DNA of 64,000 bases from Pirellulales bacterium (lineage in GTDB: Bacteria > Planctomycetota > Planctomycetia > Pirellulales > PALSA-1355). Where the stretch lies: positions 448,001-512,000 of the forward strand of contig CAVTBU010000006.1 of NCBI GenBank assembly GCA_963733035.1, written 5' to 3'. Shown piece after piece: positions 50,193 through 62,100 of this stretch (position 1 is its first letter; every line of letters begins with the position of its first letter). A program made the position numbers and the translations under genes. The notes beneath the pieces are model-generated. The model ran no database searches. It saw only the letters and a program-made list of their open reading frames with translations, and was not told where the DNA came from.

Positions 50193-52211
50193 CTAGAAAA
50201 GTCGGAACAGAATCTTCAATTGCACGAACGTGATCAGGTCATGGAACCACACGTAGCCGAGCGAAGCGCGACCGCAATGGACTTGCGCGGTCACTTCCGC
50301 GCCATCACGGCGAATGGGTACGTCTTGCTTGTTGATGGCCACTCGAATCAGCACCGTGTTTCCCTCTTCGCCGCGGACTTCCGCGCTTTCATGAACTTCT
50401 TTTACCGTGCCTTCGAGCGTGACTCCCGGCTTGGCCTTGGCGGTGTAACTTACCTTCAGTTCGGGACTCAGTTCGGCTTGGGCTTCGGCAATGTAACCCA
50501 TGTCGTTTTCGGGCATTTGCAATTCCAGTTCCCAATCGCCCTGCGGCTCGATCACCGTTAAGAGCTGTTGCCCGGTTTGCACCGGTCGCCGCATCAGCAG
50601 GTCGCGCAGTTTCCAGGTCGCCACCTGGCCGTCCACCGGACTGGTGATGATCAGCTGTTTCTGTTGCTGCTCGAGCAACTTCACCTGTTCTTCGATACTT
50701 CGCACTTGCGAAGCCAAGGCAGCTTGCTTGCCCGCCAGTTCGAAGAAATCATCTTGCCGCGACTTGGTTGGGTGTGCGATTTGCTCATTGACACCTGCCA
50801 GCTGGTCGACCGTTTCCGCCAGTTTGCCGCGGGCCTCGGTGATGTCTCGTTGCAGTTCGCTGTTTTCCAACTCGGCGAGCGGCTGGCCGGCCTCGACCAT
50901 GTCGCCGTGGTCCACAAAGACTTTGACGACGCGGCCGTCGACTTCGGCGAAAACTTGCTTGCGGACAACGGGTTGCAATTTGCCATTGGCAGTCAACTTA
51001 AAGTCGGCTGGCCAGATGAACAGGAAGGCCACGACCACGGCAAGCGCAATGGCCGCGGACGCCGTCCATGGCAATTGCCGGGCTTCGACCAGCCACCGCG
51101 ACTTGCCAATTGCTCGCCAGACGGGCATCAGGAACAAATCGTTGTGTTCCAGTACGTTTGTCAAGGAAAGCGCACTGTGCTCGCTGACGATTTCGATTCG
51201 TTGCGCCAGGCCGTCGCGCGGCCGGCTATCTTCAATCTGCTCGATGATCAGCGCGCCGATGACCCGTGGCGTTGCCATCGGGTCGGTCTTGTCGTGCGGT
51301 TCCTTCAGCGGCACGATCGCCACGGCTTTCGAATGCACTTCGTCGACGTATTCCTGCACGGCCTCCTCGACCTGCGGAGCCATCATCGAAGTGTCGCCCG
51401 TGTACCACACGGTTTCGCCTGTTGCCACCACGCTCTTGGCGAGCCGCGTGAGCAGGGTGATCGTGTTTGATCGCTTGTCAAACGTGTCCTGTCCGCTGAC
51501 GGCCTCGATTTTGGTCTTGCGGCCCCGCGTGATGGCCACACTTACGCGGTCGCATTCGATCAGCCGGCGGCCCTCGTTGGCGATCGTATAGGCTGTTTCG
51601 CGGGGTTCGAGCCCCTGGTGCACGAGCCGGGTGAATTGTTCGAGCTGCGCCCACAGCGCCTGTCGGTCGGTGAAGTGCTGCAACTTTCGCGACTTCAAAT
51701 ACTCACTGGCCAGGTCGCACATCTGCTGCAGGAACCGCAGATAACCACGCTGCACGGTCACGCTGCTGCCGGGGCGTTGGAAGACCTCCATCACACCGGC
51801 CGTTTCGTTGGCTGTCTTCAGAGGCCCGAGGACCAGCAGGTAATCGGTTGGATTCGCTCCGTCTTCCGGGCTTCCGCCGCCGGAGTGCGGAGCCATCAGC
51901 ATCCCTTCGCCGCTGGCGATCACCTTTCTCAAGAGACGACCGTGCTTAACCTGATCGTCTTCGCTCTCGGCCAGCCGAGTCTCGCGGAGGTTGATTTGGT
52001 ATTCGAGCGAAAGTTGCCCGGTCTCGGTCACCGTCCAGACGGCGCCGCCGACTGCCGCCAGAGCCGTCACGACACGGTTGAGCACGGCATCGTAAAACTC
52101 TTGTGGAGAGACATCGCTCTTGGCAATCTGGGCAATTTCGCGCACCAGATTGCGAATCTGCTGCTTTGTCTGTTCGACGAGCTCAGGATCGACGGATTGT
52201 TCGGTGCTCAT
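50193..52211 (-). CDS. GAF-domain plus HlyD-family adaptor protein
   Basis: GAF-like N-terminus (CDRVSVA), TM, FAEVDGRV..V.HGD.V..GQ.L, ITSPVDGQV. Confidence 0.85.
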   Translation of the reverse strand: MSTEQSVDPELVEQTKQQIRNLVREIAQIAKSDVSPQEFYDAVLNRVVTALAAVGGAVWTVTETGQLSLEYQINLRETRLAESEDDQVKHGRLLRKVIASGEGMLMAPHSGGGSPEDGANPTDYLLVLGPLKTANETAGVMEVFQRPGSSVTVQRGYLRFLQQMCDLASEYLKSRKLQHFTDRQALWAQLEQFTRLVHQGLEPRETAYTIANEGRRLIECDRVSVAITRGRKTKIEAVSGQDTFDKRSNTITLLTRLAKSVVATGETVWYTGDTSMMAPQVEEAVQEYVDEVHSKAVAIVPLKEPHDKTDPMATPRVIGALIIEQIEDSRPRDGLAQRIEIVSEHSALSLTNVLEHNDLFLMPVWRAIGKSRWLVEARQLPWTASAAIALAVVVAFLFIWPADFKLTANGKLQPVVRKQVFAEVDGRVVKVFVDHGDMVEAGQPLAELENSELQRDITEARGKLAETVDQLAGVNEQIAHPTKSRQDDFFELAGKQAALASQVRSIEEQVKLLEQQQKQLIITSPVDGQVATWKLRDLLMRRPVQTGQQLLTVIEPQGDWELELQMPENDMGYIAEAQAELSPELKVSYTAKAKPGVTLEGTVKEVHESAEVRGEEGNTVLIRVAINKQDVPIRRDGAEVTAQVHCGRASLGYVWFHDLITFVQLKILFRLF

Positions 52212-52867
52212 GCGGGCTCAGAAGGGGCAAATGATGGCATTGCGACGCCGATTCGGCGGAAATTCCCAAGAAGGTCTGCCGCGAGACGGCCGTTCGGCGA
52301 CCTATCTTTTAAACCTAGCTTGTGTTACGTCATTTCGAGTGAGTTCGTTCACGGCCAGACCCAGTCGGGCATGGGCCGGCGAGGAGGCCCCACGGTGCCG
52401 AAAGTACAACCAACGAAAAGGCAATTGTCGTAGCACCCCAACGCAATCGTCTCGGTACGGGGACGACAAGAGCCACCTTGGACGACGTGTTATTCAGGGG
52501 CTCCGCCTCTGGTGTAGCTCCCAGCGGCTCCTCTGGTACTGTTCCGCTGCGGTCGGTGTGGCACAACCCCTGGAGGGCACATTCCTGAACAGGTTTGACC
52601 GCTTTATCCCTCTTGTTACCTTCGCCGAAGCGTGCGGAGGGTATTGCACCATTCTTCTTTAGTTGAGCAGGTGGTAGGGCTTTGATCAAGACCGACTCGC
52701 CCGTTCGACACAGGCAAACGAGCTGAAAACTGACGGTTCTCGCGGATTTGCCGGTTCCGGCGGCCCCTCGAAGCCGCCGTCCGAGTCAAAACAGCACGAC
52801 GCCCGGGCGTCGGCTTGCTACACTGGGGCCGATTCCCCTTGACGCCAGTTTCTGGCAGATCCTCTCG

Positions 52868-53545
52868 ATGCGCATCCTGCTTACGCACCACGCCCCCCTC
52901 CAGCAGTCGCCAGCGGGCAAGCTGGTGTCGCAATGGGCTAGTGCCCTTCAAGCTCTTGGAAATGACGTTCGCTTGCTAGTGGCCGACAATCAGCATCGTT
53001 TCGGCGAGTTCCTCCCGACCGAACGAGTCGTGTGCGGCAGCGATCCCAACGCCGACTTGCTGTTCGGATTGCCGCGATTTACCGACGAGGACGGCTCGAG
53101 TGGGCGTCCTACCTTCGCCGAACTCTCCGATGCCCAACTCGTACGCTATCGCGACTGCTTGCGCCGCCGGTTGGACAACCAGATCATGCATTTCGATCCG
53201 CACGTGATTCACGTGCAACACATCTGGATTCTGGGGCAGCTTGCGCTCGAAAGTGGCGTTCCCTATGTACTCAATGCCTGGAACGCGGAATTGAACGATT
53301 TCGAATTGGATCCTCGCTATCAACCGCTGGCCGAGCAGGCCGCTGAGAATGCCAGCCGAATCCTCGTGGGTGACGAAGCGACGAGACTGCGGGTGAAAAC
53401 GCGGTTCGAAACCGCGGCCGACCGCATCGTCGTGTTGTCGGTGCCCGGTCCGTTTGAGCAAGGCCTGGATTACGTGTCCCCGGTGGACATCGGTGACCAA
53501 CTTCAAAATCTGTACCAAACGCTACTCACCGAGCGATTTGGCTAG
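52868..53545 (+). CDS. Glycosyltransferase family 4 N-terminal-like protein
   Basis: MRILLTHH, LQALGNDV, FDPHVIHVQH, GVPYV; no C-terminal GT-B domain. Confidence 0.6.
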   Translation: MRILLTHHAPLQQSPAGKLVSQWASALQALGNDVRLLVADNQHRFGEFLPTERVVCGSDPNADLLFGLPRFTDEDGSSGRPTFAELSDAQLVRYRDCLRRRLDNQIMHFDPHVIHVQHIWILGQLALESGVPYVLNAWNAELNDFELDPRYQPLAEQAAENASRILVGDEATRLRVKTRFETAADRIVVLSVPGPFEQGLDYVSPVDIGDQLQNLYQTLLTERFG

Positions 53546-53549
53546 TCTG

Positions 53550-55039
53550 TCAAGCTGGTTGCGCGCCGGTATTGGATTCGCCAGGTTCAGGAGCGGGTCG
53601 AGCGGGCGTGCGATTGCCGAAAGCGTAGTACACAATCGCTCCCAATGAAATCAGGCCCAGGCCGACCATCCTGTGTCCGAAGTTCTCGAACAGCATCGTT
53701 ATTAGCAGGAAAGCATAGAAGGCCAGGAACACGAGCGGCACCAGCGGGTAGCCCCAGGCCCGATAGGGTCGTTCGGCGTTTGGCCGGCGGATGCGGAGTA
53801 CGAACACGGCGACCACGGCGGAGAAATAAAAGATCGACCCGCCAAACACGGTCCATTCACTCATCAGGTTGAACAGTTGTGCTTTGGGATCCCAACTCAG
53901 TCCTCCCATCAAGATCAAGGCACATGCCCAGCCACACATGCCGGCAATCGCCCAGGCGGGAGTTCGTGTCGCGGGATGAATGCGGCTAAATGGGCCCAGG
54001 AATGCGTGGTCTCGAGCCACTGCAAATAGGACTCGCGGTCCAACCAGCACGTTGGAACTTAGCGCGCCGAATACGGAGACCATTATCATCGAACGCATCA
54101 GCTTGGCACCAAAACTCGGCAGCAGCCGCTCGCATACGGGAATTGCGGGACAGGCGTTCTCGGGTGCGGCAATTACGCTCGATGGCAGCGTCAGATGATA
54201 CGCGAGATTCGCCCCGGCATAGAGCGCGATCAGAATCACGACGCCGGCGATCAGGCCCATTGGCAAGTTGCGTTGGGGATTATGGATTTCTTCGGCCACG
54301 ACCGTCACGTTGCCCCAGCCGTCGTAGGCCCACATGATCGCGGCCACCGCGGCTCCAATTCCCAATACAGCGCCGCCATCGACGGCGTCGGGCCACAGCG
54401 GGTCGATTTCGACCGGATCACCGCTCAGAGCAATAAACGGCAAGACGGCCAAGACGGCGACGAACCCTCCCTTGACGAGCGTTGCCACGTTCTGCACGGC
54501 ACCTGCCCATGTCGTTCGCAGGATACTGATGACGCCCAGCAACGAGATGACCGAAACGGCAAGGATCTTCTGCATATCCGTGGAGCCAGCTCCCGAGAGA
54601 TCGATGCCCGAGGGACTTCCAGTCGAGCTGGGGTAAAGGACGTTCTCCAGCGACACGGCGAAGTAGGCGGCCAGCGCGGCGATCGCTCCGGTCCGAATCA
54701 CCCAGAATTCAGCCCAGGCCCACAGAAACGACCATAGCGGGCCGTATGCTTCGCGCAAAAACACATACGTGCCACCGGCCCGGGGAAACATGGCGCCTAG
54801 TTCCCCCATCGACAATGCGCCGCATAGGTTCACCAGCCCGCACAGAATCCATAGCGCCAAGATCAGGCCCACAAACCCGCCGGTTTGCTGGGCGACAACC
54901 TGTGGTTTGAAAAAGATGCCCGAGCCGATTACCTGGCCCACGACGATGAACACGACCGAATAGAAGCCGAGCACCTTTTCGAGTTCGTGGTGCGGCTTGT
55001 TGGGTGCTGGAACCGAAGCGCGGGCGCGGGTGACGACAT
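53550..55039 (-). CDS. APC-family amino acid permease (possible 1-nt indel near the start)
   Basis: IGSGIF, ELGAMFP.AGG.YVFL, AYDGW, EEI.NP.RN.P, RPYR.WGYP; ATG at 55039 is out of frame with the body. Confidence 0.88.
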
Positions 55040-55159
55040 GCCGCCCAGCATACCGAGCGGTCTCGCGCGTGGCCAGCAAACCTCACATTGGTGACGCAAT
55101 CGGCCGGAGGGCTATACTGGGCCGTGTCTTCCCTACTCGTCGACCGTGTTGGTTGCCTC

Positions 55160-56338
55160 ATGGAAAACCCACAAGATATCTGTCCCCGTCCCGATCGGTT
55201 GCCCAGTGAAGGCCCCACTCGCCCGCACGCGCCGCCGGTCTATCTTTCAAGCGTTTACGAGTGTGCGGATCCCCAGCAGGCGGACGCGCTACTGGACGGT
55301 CGCCTGCCGGGGTACGTCTACGCGCGCGACGGTCATCCAAATGGCGACCTGCTTGCCGAAAAGTGCCGTCAATTGCACGGCACGCAGCGGGCCGCAATTA
55401 CCGGTACCGGCATGTCCGCCCTCGCCTTGGTCGTACTGTCGCAACTTCAACCCGGCGACCACCTCGTCATTAGCAACCAACTTTACGGCCGAAGTAGCAC
55501 GCTGTTGACGACGGAGGCAGCGCGGTGGGGCTTGACGCACACCCTTGTCGACGCGTGCGATCTCAAGCAGGTCCGTGCGGCAATCAATGCCAGAACAAAG
55601 CTCTTGGTGGTCGAGACGATCAGCAACCCACTTTTGCGCGTGGCCGATTTGGCGGCCCTGGCCGATCTTGGCCACGCCAGCGGCGCGGCACTGTTGGCCG
55701 ACAACACGTTTGCTGGACCCATGGTTTGCACTCCCCATGCACTGGGTGCCGACTGGGTGATGGAAAGCCTGACCAAGAGCATGAATGGCCACAGCGATGT
55801 CGTGCTGGGATTGGTGTGTGGTTCAGCCGACCGATGGGAACGGCTACCCGCCACAATCTCGACCTGGGGGCTTTCGGCGGCACCGTTTGATTGCTGGCTG
55901 GCTCTGCGCGGTCTGGGGACGCTCGGCGTGCGGATGGAGCGGGCATGTCAGAACGCACTTGCCGTAGCGCAATCACTCGTTGGAGCGCCGGGCATTGATG
56001 CGGTCTACTATCCCGGCTTACCAGAACATCCAGATCACGCGCTGGCGCAACGGCAGTTCGGAGGGCGGTTTGGTTCGATGGTCAGTTTCACTCTCGCCGG
56101 CGGCCTGCAAGCAGCCACCGCCTTTATGAAGGCAGCATCTCAAATTCCGTTTTGCCCCTCGCTTGGAGAGCTTTCGACCACTTTGAGTCATCCGGCATCA
56201 ACGAGTCATCGATCGCTAACTTTCGGCGAGCAATTGGCCTTGGGCATCACAGGCGGAACAATCCGCCTGTCGGTCGGAATCGAATCGGTATCGGCTGTCG
56301 TCGATGCCGTACGGCAGGGATTGTTGGGAGTGAACTAA
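55160..56338 (+). CDS. Cys/Met metabolism PLP enzyme (cystathionine gamma-synthase/lyase family)
   Basis: Y.RDGHPN, GMSA, ETISNP, DNTFA, SLTKSMNGHSD, SLG..T...HP..TSH, IRLSVGIE. Confidence 0.9.
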   Translation: MENPQDICPRPDRLPSEGPTRPHAPPVYLSSVYECADPQQADALLDGRLPGYVYARDGHPNGDLLAEKCRQLHGTQRAAITGTGMSALALVVLSQLQPGDHLVISNQLYGRSSTLLTTEAARWGLTHTLVDACDLKQVRAAINARTKLLVVETISNPLLRVADLAALADLGHASGAALLADNTFAGPMVCTPHALGADWVMESLTKSMNGHSDVVLGLVCGSADRWERLPATISTWGLSAAPFDCWLALRGLGTLGVRMERACQNALAVAQSLVGAPGIDAVYYPGLPEHPDHALAQRQFGGRFGSMVSFTLAGGLQAATAFMKAASQIPFCPSLGELSTTLSHPASTSHRSLTFGEQLALGITGGTIRLSVGIESVSAVVDAVRQGLLGVN

Positions 56339-56573
56339 ACCGATCGGGCGGAAAAATCGGATGCCCAGGGCAGTGATCGTGAGGGTTGCAGGGGGGATCC
56401 ACAGTCACAAGCCGCTGATCCGGCACGGTAGGCCGACGGTGGGCCCAACTAAATTGCCAAACCGCGACTTGCCGATTTGAAGCTATGGACTGGGCAGTAG
56501 TAAAAGTTATGATAATAGGTCGCGTTGCTAATATCAGAGCCCCTTGAAGCGGGATGTGTTCCTGGAGTTGCGT

Positions 56574-56801
56574 ATGACGCAAAAGCAAAAAGAAGAAGCG
56601 TTAGAAGTCGAAGGTGTGGTCACCCAGGCGTTGGCCAACACCCGTTTTCGCGTGCAATTGGACGGTGGCCACTTGGTAATCGCCCACGTTGCTGGAAAAA
56701 TGCGGAAGCATTTCATTCGTATCGTGCCGGGTGACCGTGTACGTGTTGAGCTTTCCCCCTATGATCTGACCAAGGGCCGTATCACCTTCCGCGAACGCTA
56801 G
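56574..56801 (+). CDS. infA: Translation initiation factor IF-1
   Basis: [55 protein letters not shown]. Confidence 0.97.
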   Translation: MTQKQKEEALEVEGVVTQALANTRFRVQLDGGHLVIAHVAGKMRKHFIRIVPGDRVRVELSPYDLTKGRITFRER

Positions 56802-57223
56802 CCTCGAGCGTCCAGGCCCGGTCATCTCCAATACTTCGCGCCCATTGTGGGCTGGTCTCGCCAACGACGTTCGCGGCGAGCAGGTTCGTTTCGCGCACAG
56901 GCCCCATCGAGACTTGGTCGAATTGCCAGCTTGGTGGCATCCGCGGGCTAGCGGAACGCATAGACAAAACTCGGCAATTTCGGCCCAATGCCAGGAGCTT
57001 TGCTAGGCGCCCGCGTCGTCATAACCTACGATTTAGTTTCCGGGTTGGGAGAATTGGGACAGATTTGCGGCGTCGGGCCAATGGAGTGACGCAAACTTCC
57101 CCCAATCGCTAAACTCTCAAAACTCGGCGTCAAGTCGAGGGGTATAAGCGGCTGGAACCTGCGCGGTGCGGTTCTCTGGCCGCGCGCAACTGCTTCATCG
57201 CGAATTCTCAGGAGAAAACCAAC

Positions 57224-58912
57224 GTGAAACAGATCCTTCTTTCCGTGCTCGCTGTAGCGTTGCTCGCCCTCCCAGCAACGCGTTGCGTGGCGCAAGACGC
57301 CGAGGACGTAAAGCCCGTCGCCGTCCTGTCGATTGCTAGTTACGACCGACTGATGAGCGACATCGCGTTCATCGGCGATCTGACCGGAAACCCCGACCTC
57401 GACAAAAATCTCGAGGGCATGATCCAGTTGTTTACACAGGGTCAGGGTCTTGCGGGGCTCGACCGCAAGCGTCCCCTTGGCTTGGCGCTCAATACCGACG
57501 GGTTGCAATTTCAGTTTCTCATTGTGTTGCCGGTGACTGACCTGCAACAGTTGCTGGCCGCGCTCGAGGGGTTGGTTGGCGCTGCACAAGACGCGGGAGA
57601 CGGAGTTTTTGAACTCGACGTCTTTAATCAGAAGATTTATGTCAAGGAAAACAATACTTGGGCCTACCTGTCGACGTCGCCAGAGCCGCTCGCCACGCTG
57701 CCCAAAAACGGCGGAGATCTGTTCGGCGGGCTGGAAAAGACCTACGACATTGCCGGCCGCCTGTATGTGCAGAATGTACCCGAAGTCTTCCGCACGATGC
57801 TAATCGACCAGTTGCGCGTCGGTGTCGATGCAGGGATGGCCCGTCAACCCAACGAGAGTGACGAAGCGTACGAAACGCGTCGCAAGATGGTCGATGCGCA
57901 GATTGATTCGCTGACGACGGCGATCAACGATTTGGACCAATTGACACTCGGTCTGACGCTGAATCGGGAAGCCAAGACTGCGCAACTCGAATTGGCATTC
58001 AAGGCCGTGCCGGGCACCGAAACGGCCAAGCAACTTAGTCGAACCAAGGCTACGACTTCACGCTTCGCCGGTTTCCTCCAGCCAGACGCTTCAGCTTCGC
58101 TGAGTCTGACTTCGGAACTGGCCGAAAGCGATGCCGCGCAGTACGTGGCCGGGTTGGACGCCATTCGCGGACAAGTCATGCAGCACATCGAAGGCGAGGG
58201 TCGCTTGAAGGACGAAGCCTCGAAGAAGCTGGCCAAGGAGATGATGGGACAGGTGTTCGATGCGATCAAGGCCACTTTCGAAAGCGGGAAGATCGATGCC
58301 GGCGCAACGCTAGACGTCAGTGACAAATCGATGGCGCTCGTCGTGGGTGCCTACGTGGCTGACACGAAGTCGCTCGACGAGGCCCTGCAAAAGTTCGCCA
58401 AACTGGCTGCTGGTGAACCTGGCTTTTCGCCGATCGCATTCAACGCCGCCGAGCACGCGGGCGTGAAGTTTCACACCACGTCCATTGACGTGCCCGCCGA
58501 CCACAAGATTGCCACGGTCGTAGGCGACAAACTCGAGGTGGCCGTGGGAATAGGCAAGGACACGGTCTATTTGGCTTTGGGCACCGATAGCTTGAATTTG
58601 GCCAAAAAGCTCATTGACCGGTCGGCCTCCGAAGCGGGCAAGGAGCTTCCCCCATTTCAATTGAACGTGGCCTTGGAGCCGATCTTCCAGTTTGCCGCCG
58701 CTCTGCAAGGCGAAGGCACCGAAAGCAATTTGAAGACCATGGCCGAGGATTTGGCCAAAGCGCCCGGCAAGGACCATGTGCGATTGGAGTATGTGCCGAT
58801 GCAGGACGGCGGCAGCCTCCGGCTCTCGGCCGAGGAAGGGGTGCTGCAACTCTTGGGCACGGCCTTCAAGAACGCCCAAGCCAGCGGAGCCCTGCCGATT
58901 CCAGGTTTCTGA
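57224..58912 (+). CDS. Secreted hypothetical protein (562 aa)
   Basis: aggag RBS, signal peptide, long intact ORF with host codon bias. Confidence 0.8.
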   Translation: MKQILLSVLAVALLALPATRCVAQDAEDVKPVAVLSIASYDRLMSDIAFIGDLTGNPDLDKNLEGMIQLFTQGQGLAGLDRKRPLGLALNTDGLQFQFLIVLPVTDLQQLLAALEGLVGAAQDAGDGVFELDVFNQKIYVKENNTWAYLSTSPEPLATLPKNGGDLFGGLEKTYDIAGRLYVQNVPEVFRTMLIDQLRVGVDAGMARQPNESDEAYETRRKMVDAQIDSLTTAINDLDQLTLGLTLNREAKTAQLELAFKAVPGTETAKQLSRTKATTSRFAGFLQPDASASLSLTSELAESDAAQYVAGLDAIRGQVMQHIEGEGRLKDEASKKLAKEMMGQVFDAIKATFESGKIDAGATLDVSDKSMALVVGAYVADTKSLDEALQKFAKLAAGEPGFSPIAFNAAEHAGVKFHTTSIDVPADHKIATVVGDKLEVAVGIGKDTVYLALGTDSLNLAKKLIDRSASEAGKELPPFQLNVALEPIFQFAAALQGEGTESNLKTMAEDLAKAPGKDHVRLEYVPMQDGGSLRLSAEEGVLQLLGTAFKNAQASGALPIPGF

Positions 58913-58957
58913 ATCTTAGCAACTAACCGGCAGGATGCCGAACTCGTGAACACTCGC

Positions 58958-58993
58958 AACGGCACCGGTCCCAGTTGGACCGGTGCCGTTTTT
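58958..58993 (+). terminator. Intrinsic terminator
   Basis: aacggcaccggtcc-cagtt-ggaccggtgccgtt followed by T's. Confidence 0.8.
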
Positions 58994-59172
58994 CGTGGCT
59001 TGCCAGGCACGTTTTACTTGCTGTTTTTGCCGTATTTTGCTTGTTGCGGGGCCGAAACCGCGTAACTAGTATGAAGTGGCCTCGATCCGTAGTGCTATTC
59101 TGTTCGACCACATCCGATTGGTCCGCAGATGGTCAAGCGCCATATTCCCCTCCAGAGCAATTACCACATAAC

Positions 59173-62100
59173 ATGTTTGATCCAGTGCATCGGCGATCAA
59201 CACGAAAGTCCGGTACTCATGCGCAGCGTAGCACCCAAGCCGCGAAGTTTCACCCCGGTCTTGAACCGCTAGAAGACCGGCGGATGCTTCATTTTGACGG
59301 CTACCAACAGGCGCTTGTTGCGTTCGAAGGTGACGACCTGGTCGGTAAGGACGGGCCAATGTCCCGAGTTGGCTTTGACCTGACGCTGATGTTCGAACAG
59401 TACAAGATTCAGACCAGCCTCGACCCAGGAGCCGCGTTTGTACCGTCGGGCGGGCTGCCGGTCGAAATCTCAGGGAATTCTATCAATATCGATCTGGTAG
59501 GTTCCGGCGATGCCAACGCCTTTCGGAATCAGTTGACGTCGCTGGGAATGACGAACATTGTTTCGTTTGGTTCGCTCGTCAGTGGAAGCATTCCGCTGGG
59601 TAACTTGGATCAATTGGCCGGCTTGAACACGCTCCTCTTTGCGAGACCAACCTATCTGCCTATTACGTCGGCCGGTTTGACAACAAGTCAAGCCGATTCG
59701 GCGCTACACGCCGACGAGGCTAGATCCCTGTTTGGAGTGGATGGCAGCGGAATCACCGTTGGCGTGATCTCCGACAGTTTCGATTCCGTACCTTATGCGG
59801 GCGGTGTCGACGGAGTGACAAAGGATATTCAAACGGGCGACTTGCCGCAGGACACGCAAGTCCTTCAGGACTTCGTGTCTCCGTTTTCCACAGATGAAGG
59901 CCGTGCCATGGCGCAGCTGATTCATGACCTTGCTCCCGGTGCCGCGATTCGATTCGCAACCGCCGACGTGAATGGTCAAGTTGGCTTTGCCCAAAATATC
60001 TTGGCTCTGGCAAATGCGGGAGCCAACGTCATCACGGATGACATCAGTTACTTTGCCGAACCGTTCTTTCAGGATGGGGTCATCGCGCAGGCCGCCCAGC
60101 AAGTAGTTGCCCAGGGCGTTTCCTACTTTTCGTCTGCGGGTAACGAAGAGGCTAGGTCGTATGAGAGTGCTTTCGTCGATTCCGGGCAGACGCTGGCAAA
60201 CGGCGCCAAACTGCACGATTTCGACCCTGGCCCGGGTGTCTCGACACTTCAAGAAATCAAACTGCCAGTGGGCGACGCAGTTCAAATGAGTTTTCAGTGG
60301 GATCAGCCCTTCGCTTCGCTCGGCGGTGCAGGTTCGCAGAGCGACTTAGACATTTCCCTCATTGGTGCCGACGGGACGACTGTAGTTGCCAGTTCGATAG
60401 ACCAGAATATCGGTGGTGATCCGATTGAGTTCCTGCAGGCTCTCAACGACGGCAGCATAGACCTCGACAACGACGGGCAGCCTGACACCAAATTCTACAT
60501 TCAGATTTCGCTCGTTTCCGGACCTGCACCGGGTCTGATGAAGTACGTTGACTTTGGTCGCTCGTCGACAATCGTTTCTTTTGCGACCGATAGCAGCACC
60601 GACGTGGGACATCACAATACCGCGGGCGTCATCGGAGTTGCGGCAACGGCCTTTTACGGTACGCCTCAGTTTGGCATCACGCCGCCCGTGCTCGACTATT
60701 ATTCATCCAAGGGCGGAACGTCGATCTTATTTGACACCAGTGGTCAGAGGTTGACGACGCCGTTCAATCCGAACTCTCCGCAGTTGACCGGGGTCGACGG
60801 AACAAACACGACCTTCTTCGGAAGTGATATCTCCCAGGACGCAGATTCGTTTCCCAACTTTTTCGGAACGTCGGCGGCAGCACCTCATTTGGCTGCTGTC
60901 GCAGCATTGATGATCGAGTTGACCGGGGGGCCCGGGAGCGTCGCGCCAGACGACATCTACAATGCGCTGGAAGAAACTGCGATAGACATCGTAAATCGCT
61001 CGGATGGCACGGTCTTGATACCGATTGTCAATGGCCAGGGTTTCGACCTATACAGCGGCTATGGACTTGTCGACGCCGTGGCGGCATTGCAATCGATAAA
61101 CTCCCGCGTCTCGCTTGGCGACGACGTCGCAATGCTCGAAGGCGATAGTGGCATTACGAATTTCGTCTTTGCGGTCAACTATATGGGAACGGCTGTCAGC
61201 CCAGTCACGGTAGCCTATACAACCTTGGACGGTACCGCGGTGGCCGGTGCCGACTACCTTTCTAACAGTGGAACGCTTACGTTTTCCGTTGGTGGGGCCA
61301 CGACGCAATGGATCACGATTGGTGTCGTCGCGGACCAGGTTGTGGAGTCAAATGAAACGTTTTTGGTAAAACTCAGCAGTCCCGAGAACGCGGTGCTGGG
61401 TCGAAGCCAGGCCGTGGGCACAATACTGAACGACGACATCGACTTGTCGATTAACGATGTCGCTCTGGTCGAGGGTCACAACGGACTTAGGGATGCGGTT
61501 TTTACCGTTTCGACCTACGGGGTTGTAAATCAAGTCATATCCGTTAGTTATACGACGGTAAACAATACCGCACAGGGTGCCAGCGATTACTTGCCAACCG
61601 CCGGTGTGGTAACACTCAATGCCCAAACACCCACGGCGTTGGTTACCGTACCTGTCGTCGGTGATATTGTGGACGAGGACGACGAGACATTCTTCGTCGT
61701 GTTGACGAGTTCGCATGGTGCGCGAATTGCCGACGGCACGGGAGTGGGCACGATCATTGATGACGATCAATCGCCTGCGCTCTATGTGAACGACGTGCAA
61801 GTGACGACGACGGCCTCCGGGACGTTTGCGGCAATGTTTACGGTTGGGCTCGATGCCGTCAGCGGTCGCGCGGTGACGGCCAATTTTGCCACGTCTGACG
61901 TCAGCGCCCACAGCGGTGTGGACTATTCCGGGCTGGTTGGCGTATTGACCTTCAATCCGGGCGTGCGCACGCAAACCGTGGTGGTTCCCATCATGACCGC
62001 CGCGGTGTACTCGGCCGACAAGACGTTTCATCTGAACCTCACGAGTGCTCAGAATGCCTTGATGGCCGATCCGCAGGGGACGGCCACGATCGTGTTTGCC

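Noticed and set aside
52330..52689. 119-aa minus-strand ORF or RNA gene upstream of the GAF-HlyD operon
   Set aside because: No convincing coding signal, and no tRNA-like or known RNA fold recognised.
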